64,000 bases of DNA from Bacillota bacterium (GTDB taxonomy: Bacteria; Bacillota; Sulfobacillia; JAJZYS01; JAJYTV01), in NCBI GenBank assembly GCA_021793645.1, contig JAJYSJ010000003.1:44993-108992 (forward strand). Direction: 5' to 3'. Both the position numbers and the translations under genes were made by a program. The notes beneath the pieces were generated by a model. It worked only from the letters and a program-made list of their open reading frames with translations. It searched no databases and was not told the DNA's origin. Below are positions 1 through 10,218 of this stretch, one piece after another; position 1 is the stretch's first letter, and each line of letters begins with the position of its first letter.

Positions 1-934
1 CGCAGCGCTCCGTCAAGTCGCGCGTCAGCTCCTCGAAGTGAGCCCGTGTCAGCCGCAGGTCGAGATGCTTGGGTCCGTTCTGGTCCGCGGTGATGAAGGG
101 CAGGTTCACGGAGGTCTCGGTCATCGAGGAAAGCTCGATCTTCGCCTTCTCGGCAGCCTCCAGCAGACGCTGCAGCGCTTGCCGGTCCTGCCGCAGGTCG
201 ATGCCCTGCTGCTTTTTGAACTCGTCGACCATCCAGTTGACGATGCGCTCATCGTAGTCGTCGCCGCCGAGGTGGGTGTCACCGCTCGTCGACTTCACTT
301 CGAAGATGCCGTCGCCGACTTCCAGCACCGATACATCGAACGTGCCGCCGCCGAGGTCGAAGACGAGGATGGTCTCGTCCTTCTTCTTCTCCAGTCCGTA
401 GGCGAGGGCTGCGGCAGTCGGCTCGTTGATGATCCGCAGCACTTCCAGCCCCGCGATGCGCCCGGCATCCTTCGTCGCCTGCCGCTGCGCGTCGTTGAAG
501 TAGGCTGGCACCGTGATGACGGCCTGTCGCACCGGCTCGCCGAGATATGTCTCGGCATCTGCCTTCAGCTTCTGCAGCACAGCTGCGGAGATCTCCTCGG
601 GCGACAGCTCCTTGCCCAGCGCTGGTAGTGCGATGCGGGCCTCGCCGTTGCCACCCGCCGTCACCTTGTACGGCATGCGCTTGCGCTCTTGTTCGACCTC
701 GTCGTAGCGGCGGCCGATGAAGCGCTTGACGGAAGCCACCGTGTTGTCCGAGTTGAGCACAGCCTGGCGCCGCGCCAGCTGTCCGACGAGCCGCTCGCCC
801 GTCTTCTGGAACCCGACGACCGAAGGTGTTGTACGTGCGCCCTCCGCGTTCACGATCACGGTCGGCTGGCCGCCTTCCATCACCGCGATCACCGAGTTCG
901 TCGTCCCTAGGTCGATGCCGACGATCTTCGCCAA
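1..934 (-). CDS. dnaK: Hsp70 chaperone DnaK, N-terminal part (runs off window edge)
   Basis: Manual translation from TTG at 934: [14 protein letters not shown]...[18 protein letters not shown]...[11 protein letters not shown]...[10 protein letters not shown]. Not in the ORF track because the stop lies outside the window. Confidence 0.97.
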   Translation of the reverse strand, partial: MAKIVGIDLGTTNSVIAVMEGGQPTVIVNAEGARTTPSVVGFQKTGERLVGQLARRQAVLNSDNTVASVKRFIGRRYDEVEQERKRMPYKVTAGGNGEARIALPALGKELSPEEISAAVLQKLKADAETYLGEPVRQAVITVPAYFNDAQRQATKDAGRIAGLEVLRIINEPTAAALAYGLEKKKDETILVFDLGGGTFDVSVLEVGDGIFEVKSTSGDTHLGGDDYDERIVNWMVDEFKKQQGIDLRQDRQALQRLLEAAEKAKIELSSMTETSVNLPFITADQNGPKHLDLRLTRAHFEELTRDLTERC

Positions 935-1022
935 GAAACCCTAACCCCTTCCCTTGGCGAACTGGGGGACCGCCTGTCCGGCGGCCCCCTGCCTTCGCGG
1001 TCGCAAAACTGTCCGCTCCCGA

Positions 1023-2117
1023 TTATAGGGAGTGCAGAGAATTGCGGTCAACGGGCGCGGGACCGAGTCGATGCAGAAGCCGTATGTACCAGGGGGCCCG
1101 CAGCGCCCCGACGGTCAGGGGAGCCACGGCAACCGCCTGGTTCCCTTCCTCCAGCGAGGCGACTCCCACGACGCCGCCTGCATGCGCCGGTGCAGGTGAG
1201 AGGCGTACCCTTAGATGCAAGGGCTGGTGGAACACCGGTGCGGTCAAGTCGTCGGCCAGTCGCGGTTCTCGCCCATCCGGCAGGCGTCCGAATGCGGCGC
1301 CGCGCGGTACCCGCAGCGTCCCGGTCACTTCGGAGAATCCGTAGTCCAGGAGTTGCCGCGCGTCGCCATAGCGGTCGCCGCCCTTCAACACCACCGCGAT
1401 CAGATGCACCTCCCCGCGCGTCGCCGATGCGACGAGGCACTTCCCGGCGGCGCTCGTCGTCCCGGTCTTGGCGCCATCCGCACCCAGGTACTCCCCGAGC
1501 AGGCTGTTCGTGTTGCGGATCGGTCTGCCCTCGCGGCCGACCGGCGTCAGCGTGAGTTCCTGCGACGCCACGATCCGCCGGATCTCGGGATTGCGCAGTG
1601 CGGTCCGCGCAATCGTCGCGAGATCGCTGGCGCTGGTGTAGTGATGGGCAGCCGTCAACCCATGCGGGTTCACGAAGTGGGTCTGCCGCGCACCGATGCG
1701 CACCGCAGTCTCGTTCATGCGGACCGCGAACTTCGGCATGGTGCCGCCCACCGATTCTGCGACGGCATGCGCCGCGTCGTTTCCGGAGCGCAGCAGCATC
1801 CCCTCCAGCAGTTCACGCAGCGTGTAGCGGTCACCGGCGCGCAGGTGGGCGCTCGACCCACTGACCGACGCGGCGGCGCGCGATACGTCGAACTCCTTGC
1901 GCAGATCGCCTTCGCGCACCGCGACGATCGCCGTGAGCAGCTTCGTCGTGCTTGCGGGAGAGCGGCGGATGTACGCGGACTTCGCATAAAGCACGCGGCC
2001 GCTCTTTGCATCGATCAAGATGCCCGCTTGTGAGGAGAGGCGCGGCGCAGCTGCCGCGGGAGCAGCGGGTCCTAGCGCAAGAAGCAGCATCAACAGCGCG
2101 CGGCGCATGCCGTCCAC
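1023..2117 (-). CDS. D-alanyl-D-alanine carboxypeptidase (peptidase S11, DacB-like)
   Basis: Signal peptide; SxxK (ASTTK), SGN and KTG motifs. Start may be ATG at 2108. Confidence 0.9.
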   Translation of the reverse strand: MDGMRRALLMLLLALGPAAPAAAAPRLSSQAGILIDAKSGRVLYAKSAYIRRSPASTTKLLTAIVAVREGDLRKEFDVSRAAASVSGSSAHLRAGDRYTLRELLEGMLLRSGNDAAHAVAESVGGTMPKFAVRMNETAVRIGARQTHFVNPHGLTAAHHYTSASDLATIARTALRNPEIRRIVASQELTLTPVGREGRPIRNTNSLLGEYLGADGAKTGTTSAAGKCLVASATRGEVHLIAVVLKGGDRYGDARQLLDYGFSEVTGTLRVPRGAAFGRLPDGREPRLADDLTAPVFHQPLHLRVRLSPAPAHAGGVVGVASLEEGNQAVAVAPLTVGALRAPWYIRLLHRLGPAPVDRNSLHSL

Positions 2118-2148
2118 CCCCGTAGACTAGCATGCGCCGCAGGCCCGG

Positions 2149-2970
2149 CTAACCTTGCACTTGGACCGCGACCGACTCAGCGGTCGTCCCCGGCAGCGGG
2201 ATTTTCTGCCCATCGACCGTCAATGTGGCAGCCGCCGGATTGCCTACCTTGATAAAGAACGACTGCTGCGCGGTCCAGGTGAACGTGCCGCCGGACTGCG
2301 TCGCTTCCATGACCGTCGTGCCGTCTGTGCTGACATAGACCCAGCATGGACCTGAGAGGGCGAGCGTGACCTTGATCGGGCCCTTCGCTGCCAGATAGTT
2401 GTCCTGCGGTCCGCCGAGCGGCTGCGGCGCTTGGGTCGATGGCTGCTGCGTCAACGCGGCAGTACCCGCTCCGGACCCGCTACCGTTTGGCGTCGTGGTC
2501 CCGCCGCCGCTCTTCGGCGGCTTCGTCTTGTGGTGCGTTTTCGGGGTTGCGCCTCCGAGTGCGGGCGCGGGCTTTTGCAAACCGAAGTAGTAGAGCAGCG
2601 CGACGAGGAAGAGCAGCGGAAGTACAACCCACGGCCACTGGCGGTTCGTTTTGCGCCGCATCACCGGCTTCAGCGTGTGACGGACCGGTGCCGCCTTGGG
2701 CATCGCATACTGCGTAGGCTCCTGCTCCGCAGCAACCGCCGGCGCGGCCGTGGGCATCTGCGTAGATAGAGCATCCGGGTCCAGATCAAGGTAGCGCGCG
2801 TAGCTGCGCAAGAATCCTCTCGCATAGACGAGGCCGGGTATTTCCTCGAAGTTCTCGGCTTCCAGCGCTTCAAGGTACTTCTCACGAATGCGAAGCTCTT
2901 TCTGGACGTCCTGCAGGCTGAGACCGCGTGCGCTTCGCGCAGCGCGCAACTGCTCACCGATCCCTGGCAC
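2149..2970 (-). CDS. rodZ: RodZ-family helix-turn-helix / DUF4115 membrane protein
   Basis: N-terminal HTH (GEQLRAARSARGLSLQDV...YLEALE...YARGFLRSYARYL), one TM helix, C-terminal DUF4115-like CWVYV...GNP region. Confidence 0.85.
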   Translation of the reverse strand: MPGIGEQLRAARSARGLSLQDVQKELRIREKYLEALEAENFEEIPGLVYARGFLRSYARYLDLDPDALSTQMPTAAPAVAAEQEPTQYAMPKAAPVRHTLKPVMRRKTNRQWPWVVLPLLFLVALLYYFGLQKPAPALGGATPKTHHKTKPPKSGGGTTTPNGSGSGAGTAALTQQPSTQAPQPLGGPQDNYLAAKGPIKVTLALSGPCWVYVSTDGTTVMEATQSGGTFTWTAQQSFFIKVGNPAAATLTVDGQKIPLPGTTAESVAVQVQG

Positions 2971-2991
2971 TGACCCACCTCCAGTCCGGCG

Positions 2992-4290
2992 CTACGGCCG
3001 TAGTCGATAGAGCATCCGTGGGAAGGGAATCGCCTCGCGGACATGCTCGAGGCGCAGGACCCAGGCAAGTGTCCGTTCGATGCCAAGCCCGAAGCCGGAA
3101 TGAGGCACCGATCCGTAGCGTCGCAGGTCAAGGTACCACTCGTAGTCCTGGACTGGCAGATCATGCTCCTGCAGGCGCTGGAGGAGCAGGTCGTAGTCGT
3201 CGATGCGCTGCCCGCCGCCGACGATCTCGCCATACCCTTCCGGAGCGAGCAAGTCTGCCGACAGTACGACCTCGGGACGATCAGGGTCCGGCTTCATGTA
3301 GAACGCCTTCGCCTGGGTTGGGTAGCGGTGAACGAAGACGGGTAGCTCGAAGCGCTTCGAGATCGCCGCTTCGTGAGGTGCGCCGAAGTCCTCCCCCCAA
3401 GGAATCCCAAGACCTTCCTCGTCCAGGATTTTGAGGGCTTCGTCGTACGAGATTCGCGGGAAGGGCGGCTGCACCTTCTGCACTTCGCTGGGATCCCGTC
3501 CCAGAAGTCGCAATTCGTCGGGGCAACGCCGCGCAATCTCCTGCAGCGCGCTCGAGAGCAAGCGCTCCACCGTCTGAAGGCAGCCGTCCAAGTCGCAAAA
3601 AGCCATCTCGGGCTCGACCATCCAGAACTCGATCAGGTGGCGGCGCGTCTTCGAGCGTTCCGCACGGAACGCGGGGGCAAAGCAGTAGACCTTGCCGAGC
3701 GCCATCGCGAGTGCCTCGTTGTATAGCTGCCCGCTCTGGGAGAGGTACGCCTTCTGCTCAAAGTAGGTCGTTTCGAACAGCGTCGTCGTCCCCTCGCACG
3801 CAGATGGCGTGAGGATCGGGGTGTCGGCGCCGATGAATCCCTCGCGGTCGAGCCATTCGCGCACTGCGTGCATGAAGACGTGGCGTACGCGCAGGATCGC
3901 CGACTGACGGTCTGCGCGCAGCCAGAGGTGCCGATTATCGAGAAGGAAGTCGACACCATGCTCCTTCGGCTGGATCGGGTAGTCGCTGCTTACCCCAACG
4001 ATCTCGATTCCCCGCAGGTCGACCTCTACGCCGCCGGGCGCCCGCGCATCCGCGCGACATGTGCCCGTGACGCGCACCGACGTTTCCTGGCCGCACTCTG
4101 CCGTACGCTCCCAGACGTCTTGCGGCAGATCTGCCTCGCGTGCCACCGCCTGTACGCGACCGCTGCCGTCCCGCAGCGCCAAAAAGCGAATGCCGCCGCT
4201 CTTTCTCAGTCCGACGACCCAGCCCTCGATCTCGACCGCCTGCCCGATGGCCTGTCCCAGTTCCGCAATCCGCAAACGAACTTCCTCCAT
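2992..4290 (-). CDS. asnS: Asparagine--tRNA ligase
   Basis: OB fold plus class II motifs: EGTTTLF, YLSQSGQLY, FRAERSKTRRHLIEFWMVEPE, GFGLGIER. Confidence 0.95.
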   Translation of the reverse strand: MEEVRLRIAELGQAIGQAVEIEGWVVGLRKSGGIRFLALRDGSGRVQAVAREADLPQDVWERTAECGQETSVRVTGTCRADARAPGGVEVDLRGIEIVGVSSDYPIQPKEHGVDFLLDNRHLWLRADRQSAILRVRHVFMHAVREWLDREGFIGADTPILTPSACEGTTTLFETTYFEQKAYLSQSGQLYNEALAMALGKVYCFAPAFRAERSKTRRHLIEFWMVEPEMAFCDLDGCLQTVERLLSSALQEIARRCPDELRLLGRDPSEVQKVQPPFPRISYDEALKILDEEGLGIPWGEDFGAPHEAAISKRFELPVFVHRYPTQAKAFYMKPDPDRPEVVLSADLLAPEGYGEIVGGGQRIDDYDLLLQRLQEHDLPVQDYEWYLDLRRYGSVPHSGFGLGIERTLAWVLRLEHVREAIPFPRMLYRLRP

Positions 4291-4295
4291 CCTGT

Positions 4296-5063
4296 CTAGC
4301 GCCCGATGAAGTGCGGCTTGCGCTTCTCCAAGAAGGCCCGCACTCCCTCCTTCCCGTCCTCGCTCGAGGCTACCTGCGCAACCATTCCCCTGAGGTAGCC
4401 GAGCGCACCCTCGAAGGGAAGATCCTCAACTTCCCAGAGCGCCTCTTTGCCGAGCGCGAGTACGAACGGACTGAGCGACGCGAGCTGCGTCGCCTTCGCC
4501 GCCACGGTGTCCCGGAGCTCTGCCTTCGGCATCACCGCGTTCACGAGGCCAAAGGAAAGCGCCTCCTTTGCGGTCGCGCGCCGCCCGGTGAGGGCAAGGT
4601 CCGTTAGAGCCCGCATGCCGATGAGGCGTGCCAGGGGGGCCATCACAACCATCGGGAAGAGCCCGATCTGCACCTCGGGAAGGCCGAACACCGCGTCCTC
4701 GCCAGCGTAGGCAAGGTCGGCCGCAGCCAGGAGGCCCATCGCTCCCGCGAGGCAATAGCCCTCAACTTCTGCGATCACCGGCTTCGGTGCCCTGCGCATC
4801 GCCCGCACGGCCTCAGCGACGCCGCCGAAATAGTCCCGCCGCGCAGCCATGTCGTCTGCCTGCGCCACTTCTGCTAGGTCGGCGCCCGCGCAAAAGTGTC
4901 CCCCTGCGCCGCGCAGCACGATCACGCGCACTTGCGCGTCCCGCCCAAGCGCATCGAACGCGGCCGCAAGCTGAGTCAAGCTCTCCGCGTCCAAGGCGTT
5001 GCGGCGCTCCGGACGGTTCAGCAGCACCTGCGCGATCTCCCCTGCCTTCACCTCAACTGGCAC
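4296..5063 (-). CDS. Enoyl-CoA hydratase (methylglutaconyl-CoA hydratase-like)
   Basis: Crotonase motifs FCAGADL and FGLPEVQIG; leucine-catabolism context. Confidence 0.88.
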   Translation of the reverse strand: MPVEVKAGEIAQVLLNRPERRNALDAESLTQLAAAFDALGRDAQVRVIVLRGAGGHFCAGADLAEVAQADDMAARRDYFGGVAEAVRAMRRAPKPVIAEVEGYCLAGAMGLLAAADLAYAGEDAVFGLPEVQIGLFPMVVMAPLARLIGMRALTDLALTGRRATAKEALSFGLVNAVMPKAELRDTVAAKATQLASLSPFVLALGKEALWEVEDLPFEGALGYLRGMVAQVASSEDGKEGVRAFLEKRKPHFIGR

Positions 5064-5958
5064 AAGAACCCTCCTCGAACGTTCGCATCACCGACCCGGG
5101 GAGCCGCCGCCCCACCAGGCGCTCCGCGAGCAGGGCCGCCTGGGAGAGCGCACCGAGATCCGTGGCTGTGTCAAACCCCTCCGCCTCGAACAGCCAGGCT
5201 AGGTCTTCCGTGGCGACGTTGCCCGTCGCGCCGGGGGCGTATGGGCAGCCGCCCATGCCGCCGATCGACCCGTCGAAGAGGCGCACGCCTTCTGCCGCGC
5301 CAGCGAGCGCGTTGGCGGGCGCCTGGCCGCGGGTGTTGTGAAAGTGCAGGCCGAGTTGGGCATCGGGCAGTGCGTCCTGCAGCGCCCGCACGAGGCGCCG
5401 GACCATGTGCGGCGCGGCGGCGCCGATCGTGTCTCCGAAGAGCAGCGTGCGGTAGCCGATCTCGTAGAGTCGGCTTGCCACCCGTACGACGTCCGCCACA
5501 GGGGTCTCGCCTGCATACGGGCAGACGAAGCTCGTCGCGACGACGCCCGAGATGGCGCGGCCTGCAGCTCTCGCACGCTCCGCCACCGCCTCTGCCTCCA
5601 AGAGGGATTCCGCGACCGAACGCCGCACGTTCGCCTGGTTGTGCTCCTCCGATGCGGAGAGGAAGAACGTCCACTCGTCGATCTTCGGCACCGCAGCGGC
5701 GCGCTCGGCGCCCCGCGCATTCGGCACGAGCGCGGACCAGATTTGTCCCTCGGGCTTCTGCGCGCTCTTGAGCAGCGCCTCGGCGTCGGCGAGCTGCGGA
5801 ATGGCCTTCGGATGCACGAAGGACGTCACCTCGAGCCGCTCGATGCCGCACCGGCTGACAGCAAAAAGCAGCTGCAGCTTCTCCTCGGTCGAGAGTGTGC
5901 GATCTTCAGCCTGTAGCCCGTCGCGCATGCCCACTTCACGCAGTGTCAGACGGTCCAC
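5053..5958 (-). CDS. Hydroxymethylglutaryl-CoA lyase
   Basis: EVGMRDGLQ, SFVHPKAIPQLAD, LHFHNTRG, GGCPYAPGATGN motifs. Confidence 0.93.
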   Translation of the reverse strand: MDRLTLREVGMRDGLQAEDRTLSTEEKLQLLFAVSRCGIERLEVTSFVHPKAIPQLADAEALLKSAQKPEGQIWSALVPNARGAERAAAVPKIDEWTFFLSASEEHNQANVRRSVAESLLEAEAVAERARAAGRAISGVVATSFVCPYAGETPVADVVRVASRLYEIGYRTLLFGDTIGAAAPHMVRRLVRALQDALPDAQLGLHFHNTRGQAPANALAGAAEGVRLFDGSIGGMGGCPYAPGATGNVATEDLAWLFEAEGFDTATDLGALSQAALLAERLVGRRLPGSVMRTFEEGSCAS

Positions 5959-5970
5959 CGCGATCCCCCC

Positions 5971-7494
5971 CTATACCGGCGGTACGCCGTGCCGCTTCGG
6001 CGGCGGCACCACCTGGCGCTCCTTCGTGGCAGCCAACCGGCGCACGAGCTCCCCGCGCAGCTCCTCCGGCAGCACGATCTGGTCCACGATCAGTTCCGCC
6101 GCAAGGCGGCGGATGTCGATGTCCTCCTGGTAGCGCCTGCGCTCCTCCGCGACGAAGGCAGGGCGCTCTTCTGGGCTGAGCTCTTGGATGTGGTTGTAGT
6201 GGACGGCGTTGACGGCAGCCTCCGGCCCCATTACCGCGATCTGGGCCGTCGGCAGAGCAATCGTCGCCTCCGGCGAGAAGGCGGGTCCCGCCATCGCGTA
6301 GAGTCCCGCGCCGTATGCCTTGCGGACCACGACGCAGTACTTCGGGACCGTCGCCTCGGAGACGGCCGTGATCAGCTTCGCTCCATGGCGGATGATGCCC
6401 TGGCGCTCCACCTTGGTGCCGATCATGAATCCGGGCACGTCGGAGAGGAACACGAGCGGTATGTTGAAGGCGTCGCACAGCCAGATGAAGCGCGCCGCCT
6501 TGTCTGCAGAATCGACGAACAGCACGCCGCCCTTCGCCTTCGGCTGGTTCGCTACGATGCCGACGACCCGCCCGTCCATGCGCCCAAGGCCAACGATCAG
6601 TTCCTGCGCGAAGAGTTCCTTCACTTCGAGGAAGCTTCCTTCGTCCAGGAGCGCCTCGATCAGGAGGTGCATGTCGAAGGGCTGGTTCTGGTTCTGCGGG
6701 ATGATCGCCTGGAGGTCCGCGGCAGGCGGAGCGAGCGGTTTTGCCGCAGCAGGCGCCGTGCGGAAGTTCTGGGGCATCAGCGCGAAGTATCGCCGCGCCC
6801 AGGCGACCGCTTCCTCCTCACTTCCCACAAGCGCGTCGCCGAGGCCGCTGACCGTCGCGTGCATGCGTGCCCCGCCCATCTCTTCAAGGCTTACCTTCTC
6901 GCCGATGACCATCTCCGCCATCCGGGGCGAGCCGAGGTACATGCTGGCGTTGCCCTCGACCATCACCGTCACGTCGGTGAACGCGGGGATATACGCTCCG
7001 CCAGCCGCGCTCGGTCCGAAAAGAATGCAGATCTGCGGCACGCGGCCCGACAGCTGCACTTGGTTATAGAAGATGCGGCCGGCACCGCGGCGGCCAGGGA
7101 ACATCTCCACCTGGTCGGTGATCCGAGCCCCCGCCGAGTCGACGAGGTAGAAGAGCGGGATCTCCAGACGCTCTGCCTGCTCCTGGATGCGCAGGATCTT
7201 TTCGACCGTGCGGCTGCCCCAGGAACCCGCCTTGACGGTCGAGTCGTTTGCCATCACGGCGCAAGGCCGTCCGTCGATGCGGCCGATCCCCGTCACCACT
7301 CCGTCGGCAGGCAGATCGCCCGCGAGGTCGTTGGCGAAGATCCCATCCTCGACAAAGCTGCCCTGGTCCAAGAGCAGGTCGAGGCGCCGCCGGACGAAGA
7401 GCTTCTTGCGCTCCTGGGCCTGGCGGTGGTACTTCTCTGCGCCGCCGGTTTCGATGGCCGCTCGGCGCGCCGCGATCTCGTCGCGACTGCTCAT
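5971..7494 (-). CDS. Acyl-CoA carboxylase carboxyltransferase subunit (methylcrotonyl-CoA carboxylase beta-like, YngE-like)
   Basis: ANDSTVKAGSWG, LVDSAGARI, GPSAAGGAY, DVPGFMIG motifs. Confidence 0.92.
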   Translation of the reverse strand: MSSRDEIAARRAAIETGGAEKYHRQAQERKKLFVRRRLDLLLDQGSFVEDGIFANDLAGDLPADGVVTGIGRIDGRPCAVMANDSTVKAGSWGSRTVEKILRIQEQAERLEIPLFYLVDSAGARITDQVEMFPGRRGAGRIFYNQVQLSGRVPQICILFGPSAAGGAYIPAFTDVTVMVEGNASMYLGSPRMAEMVIGEKVSLEEMGGARMHATVSGLGDALVGSEEEAVAWARRYFALMPQNFRTAPAAAKPLAPPAADLQAIIPQNQNQPFDMHLLIEALLDEGSFLEVKELFAQELIVGLGRMDGRVVGIVANQPKAKGGVLFVDSADKAARFIWLCDAFNIPLVFLSDVPGFMIGTKVERQGIIRHGAKLITAVSEATVPKYCVVVRKAYGAGLYAMAGPAFSPEATIALPTAQIAVMGPEAAVNAVHYNHIQELSPEERPAFVAEERRRYQEDIDIRRLAAELIVDQIVLPEELRGELVRRLAATKERQVVPPPKRHGVPPV

Positions 7495-7700
7495 TCCAGA
7501 ATCACCAGCGCGTCGCCCTCCTGCACGAACGTGCCGGGTTCATGGCAGAGCGATGCGACGCGGCCCCCGTCCGATGCCGTCACCGGCACCTCCATCTTCA
7601 TCGATTCCAGCACGGCGACCTCCTGGCCACTCTCGACCACGTCTCCCACCGCAACGGCGAACCGCAGCAACATCCCCGCCATCGGGCTCTGGATCTCCAC
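7491..7700 (-). CDS. Stand-alone biotin carboxyl carrier protein
   Basis: 69 aa with ESMKME biotinylation motif; AAGGAGG RBS upstream. Confidence 0.9.
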   Translation of the reverse strand: MEIQSPMAGMLLRFAVAVGDVVESGQEVAVLESMKMEVPVTASDGGRVASLCHEPGTFVQEGDALVILE

Positions 7701-7724
7701 GATGCGACTCCTCCTTATGGACTG

Positions 7725-8867
7725 TTAACGCAGCCCCAAGCCGCGGGCGATGACCAGCCTCTGGATCTCGGACGTGCCCTCCCCGATCTCCAGGAGCTTC
7801 GCGTCGCGCATGTAGCGCTCCACGGGATACTCGCGGATGTAGCCGGAACCGCCGTGGATCTGGATGGCCTGTGAGGATGCGCGCATCGCCGCCTCCGATG
7901 CGAAGAGCTTCGCCATCGCGGAAACCTGGCCGAACGGCTCGTGCTGATCCTTGAGCCACGCCGCCTTGTAGACCAGCGTGCGCGCCATCTCTACTTCCAT
8001 CGCCATGTCGGCGATCTTGAACTGGATCGCCTGGAAGCTGCCAATCTTCTGGCCGAACTGTTCGCGCTCCTGAGCGTAGCGCAGAGCGGCGTCAAGCGAG
8101 GCCTGCGCAACGCCGACACCGATCGCACCGATCGAGATGCGCCCGGCGTCCAGCACCTCCAGAAAGCCGCGGAACCCCTCTCCCCGGCCGCCGATCATCG
8201 CGGCATCAGGCACGAAGACGTCCTGCAGTTCGATCTCCGCCGTCTCCGACGCGCGCATTCCCATCTTGTCGTAGGCGGCACTCGGGCGGAACCCTTCCGT
8301 GCCTCGCGGCACAAGGAACGCGGTGATGCCGCGCGCGCCCTTCCCCGGATCCGTGACTGCAGTGACGACCGTCACGCCGGCGGAAACCGCGTTGGTGATG
8401 AAGCTCTTGGAACCGTTCAGGACCCACCCACCGTCCACCTTGTGCGCGCTTGTGCGCGTGCCGCCCGCGTCCGACCCCGCACCGGGCTCGGTGAGGCCGA
8501 ATGCGGCGAGGTATTCGCCGCGCGCCGCAGGCACGAGGTACTGCTCTTTCTGCTCCTCGCTGCCCAGTAGGTTCAGCGAGCCGACGCCCAACGAGACATG
8601 CGCCGCAAAGCTGAGCCCTGTGGAGGCACAGACCCGCGATACCTCCTCAACCGCAATCGCGTATTGGAGGTAGGTGCCCCCAGACCCGCCGTACCGCTCC
8701 GCGACCGGCAGACCCAAGAGGCCGAGTGCGCCCATCTTCTTGAAGATCTCGAGATCAAAGCGTCCGTCGCGGTCGCGCTCCATGGCCCCCGGAGCGATCT
8801 CCGCCTGTGCGAAGTCGCGTACGGTCTCGGCCACCATGCGGTCCTCGGGTGCGAGCGCAAAATCCAT
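7725..8867 (-). CDS. Acyl-CoA dehydrogenase (isovaleryl-CoA dehydrogenase-like)
   Basis: [20 protein letters not shown] and [10 protein letters not shown] motifs. Start moved to ATG 8867 (MDFALAPED) behind a GGAGG RBS. Confidence 0.92.
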   Translation of the reverse strand: MDFALAPEDRMVAETVRDFAQAEIAPGAMERDRDGRFDLEIFKKMGALGLLGLPVAERYGGSGGTYLQYAIAVEEVSRVCASTGLSFAAHVSLGVGSLNLLGSEEQKEQYLVPAARGEYLAAFGLTEPGAGSDAGGTRTSAHKVDGGWVLNGSKSFITNAVSAGVTVVTAVTDPGKGARGITAFLVPRGTEGFRPSAAYDKMGMRASETAEIELQDVFVPDAAMIGGRGEGFRGFLEVLDAGRISIGAIGVGVAQASLDAALRYAQEREQFGQKIGSFQAIQFKIADMAMEVEMARTLVYKAAWLKDQHEPFGQVSAMAKLFASEAAMRASSQAIQIHGGSGYIREYPVERYMRDAKLLEIGEGTSEIQRLVIARGLGLR

Positions 8868-9010
8868 TCCTTCGCCTCCCGACGCCAATTCTCCATCCAT
8901 ATCCAAGTGCGATTGTAGCGCCAAGAAGGAGCCGCTGAAAGCGGGCCCCTCCGGTAGGCCGGTCGGCACGAGACGAGAAGAGTCCTCTGAACGTGGCCGA
9001 CACGCCGAGG

Positions 9011-9043
9011 CGGGCCGTCCGGCGCGTACGCGCGGACGGCCCG
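9011..9043. other. GC-rich 11-bp stem-loop between osmC-like gene and acyl-CoA dehydrogenase
   Basis: CGGGCCGTCCG ... CGGACGGCCCG inverted repeat; no U-tract, so role uncertain. Confidence 0.3.
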
Positions 9044-9055
9044 TCAAACGAGTCG

Positions 9056-9487
9056 TCAGATCTCCTTGCGGTCTCCGTTCACGTCGCTGATCACGACGAT
9101 CTTGGCCGTCTTGTTCAGCATGTGGGTGACGCCGCAGTAGCGCTCCTGCGAGAGTTGGATCGCCCGGTCCACTTTCTCGCGCTGCACGCCTTCGCCCTCC
9201 GTGCGGTAGATGAGGCGAATCTCTGTGAACACCGATGGGTGGGTTTCTGCGGTGTCCCCCTCAAGCTCAATGCGGAAGCTCTTGAATGGTACCTGCATCT
9301 TGCGCATGATCGAGATCACGTCAAGCGCCGTGCACCCGCCCAGGCTGAGAAGTGTCAGCTCCTTCGGCCTAGGGCCGCGGTCCTCTCCTCCGACAGAGGG
9401 CGCACCGTCCATCACCAGTTCGTGGCCGCTGCCGCTCTGTCCAAGGACGGCCATTCCTTCCGTCCAGGTCACACTGCCCGTCAGCAT
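9056..9487 (-). CDS. OsmC/YhfA family protein
   Basis: C-terminal 143 aa of the long ORF: [20 protein letters not shown]...SQERYCGV; ATG 9487. Confidence 0.88.
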   Translation of the reverse strand: MLTGSVTWTEGMAVLGQSGSGHELVMDGAPSVGGEDRGPRPKELTLLSLGGCTALDVISIMRKMQVPFKSFRIELEGDTAETHPSVFTEIRLIYRTEGEGVQREKVDRAIQLSQERYCGVTHMLNKTAKIVVISDVNGDRKEI

Positions 9488-9546
9488 TGCGCTCTCGACA
9501 CCTCCACACCCAGTATACATCGGGGGGTTTGGGGTCGCTGACAGGC

Positions 9547-10146
9547 CTAGCGAGATTTGAACGCGGAGCTGCTGCTTTCCCCGCCATACCGGAACAGCCG
9601 CAGGATGAAGCGGAGCGGACGCTCCAGCGCCCCCTGCGCGGCGAGCACCAGCGACCCGCTCAAGGCACCCACGACAGCCCCGCCGAGGACATCCGTCGGC
9701 CAGTGCACGCCGACGAAGACCCGGGCCAGGATGATGATCACCGCAAGCAGCCAGAACACCACCCGCCATACCGGTCCGGCGGCCCACATCACCCAGGCGA
9801 CCGCGCCCGCGACCGCCGCGTGGTCCGACGGGAACGAGGCATCGGGGGCGTGCTGGAGGAGCAGGTGAACCCTGTGGGGGTATATGACGAACGGCCGCTC
9901 CCGTGGGTAGACAAGCGCGATCAAGTAGTTGGCCAGCAGGGCAACAAGGCCAGCGAGCCCAGCCAAGAGCAGACGGCGCCGCACTGCGGCGTCGCCGCGC
10001 GGTAGAGCGAACCAAAGGATCAGCATGAGCCCTGCCACCGCAAAGATGGCGTATTGCGCACCTGCCACCGCCACTGCATCGAGCCATTGGCTGCGGCCGG
10101 CAAACCCGTTCCACCAGAAGAAGAGGCTGCGGTCCAAAGCGTCCAA
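9547..10146 (-). CDS. PAP2-family phosphatase (undecaprenyl-diphosphatase BcrC-like)
   Basis: RERPF, SFPSDH and ARVFVGVHWPTD motifs; hydrophobic. Confidence 0.9.
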   Translation of the reverse strand: MDALDRSLFFWWNGFAGRSQWLDAVAVAGAQYAIFAVAGLMLILWFALPRGDAAVRRRLLLAGLAGLVALLANYLIALVYPRERPFVIYPHRVHLLLQHAPDASFPSDHAAVAGAVAWVMWAAGPVWRVVFWLLAVIIILARVFVGVHWPTDVLGGAVVGALSGSLVLAAQGALERPLRFILRLFRYGGESSSSAFKSR

Positions 10147-10218
10147 CGCAATTCTCCCCTACTCCAGGCGGTCGACATCGCCATGTTAAGATCTGGCGAA
10201 GACGCCTGCAAGCGAGAG

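Noticed and set aside
38-944. Long + strand ORFs over dnaK, and similar antisense ORFs (5989-7728, 17993-19621, 47493-49586, 29864-30604)
   Set aside because: Shadow frames of real genes in high-GC DNA, with no motifs.
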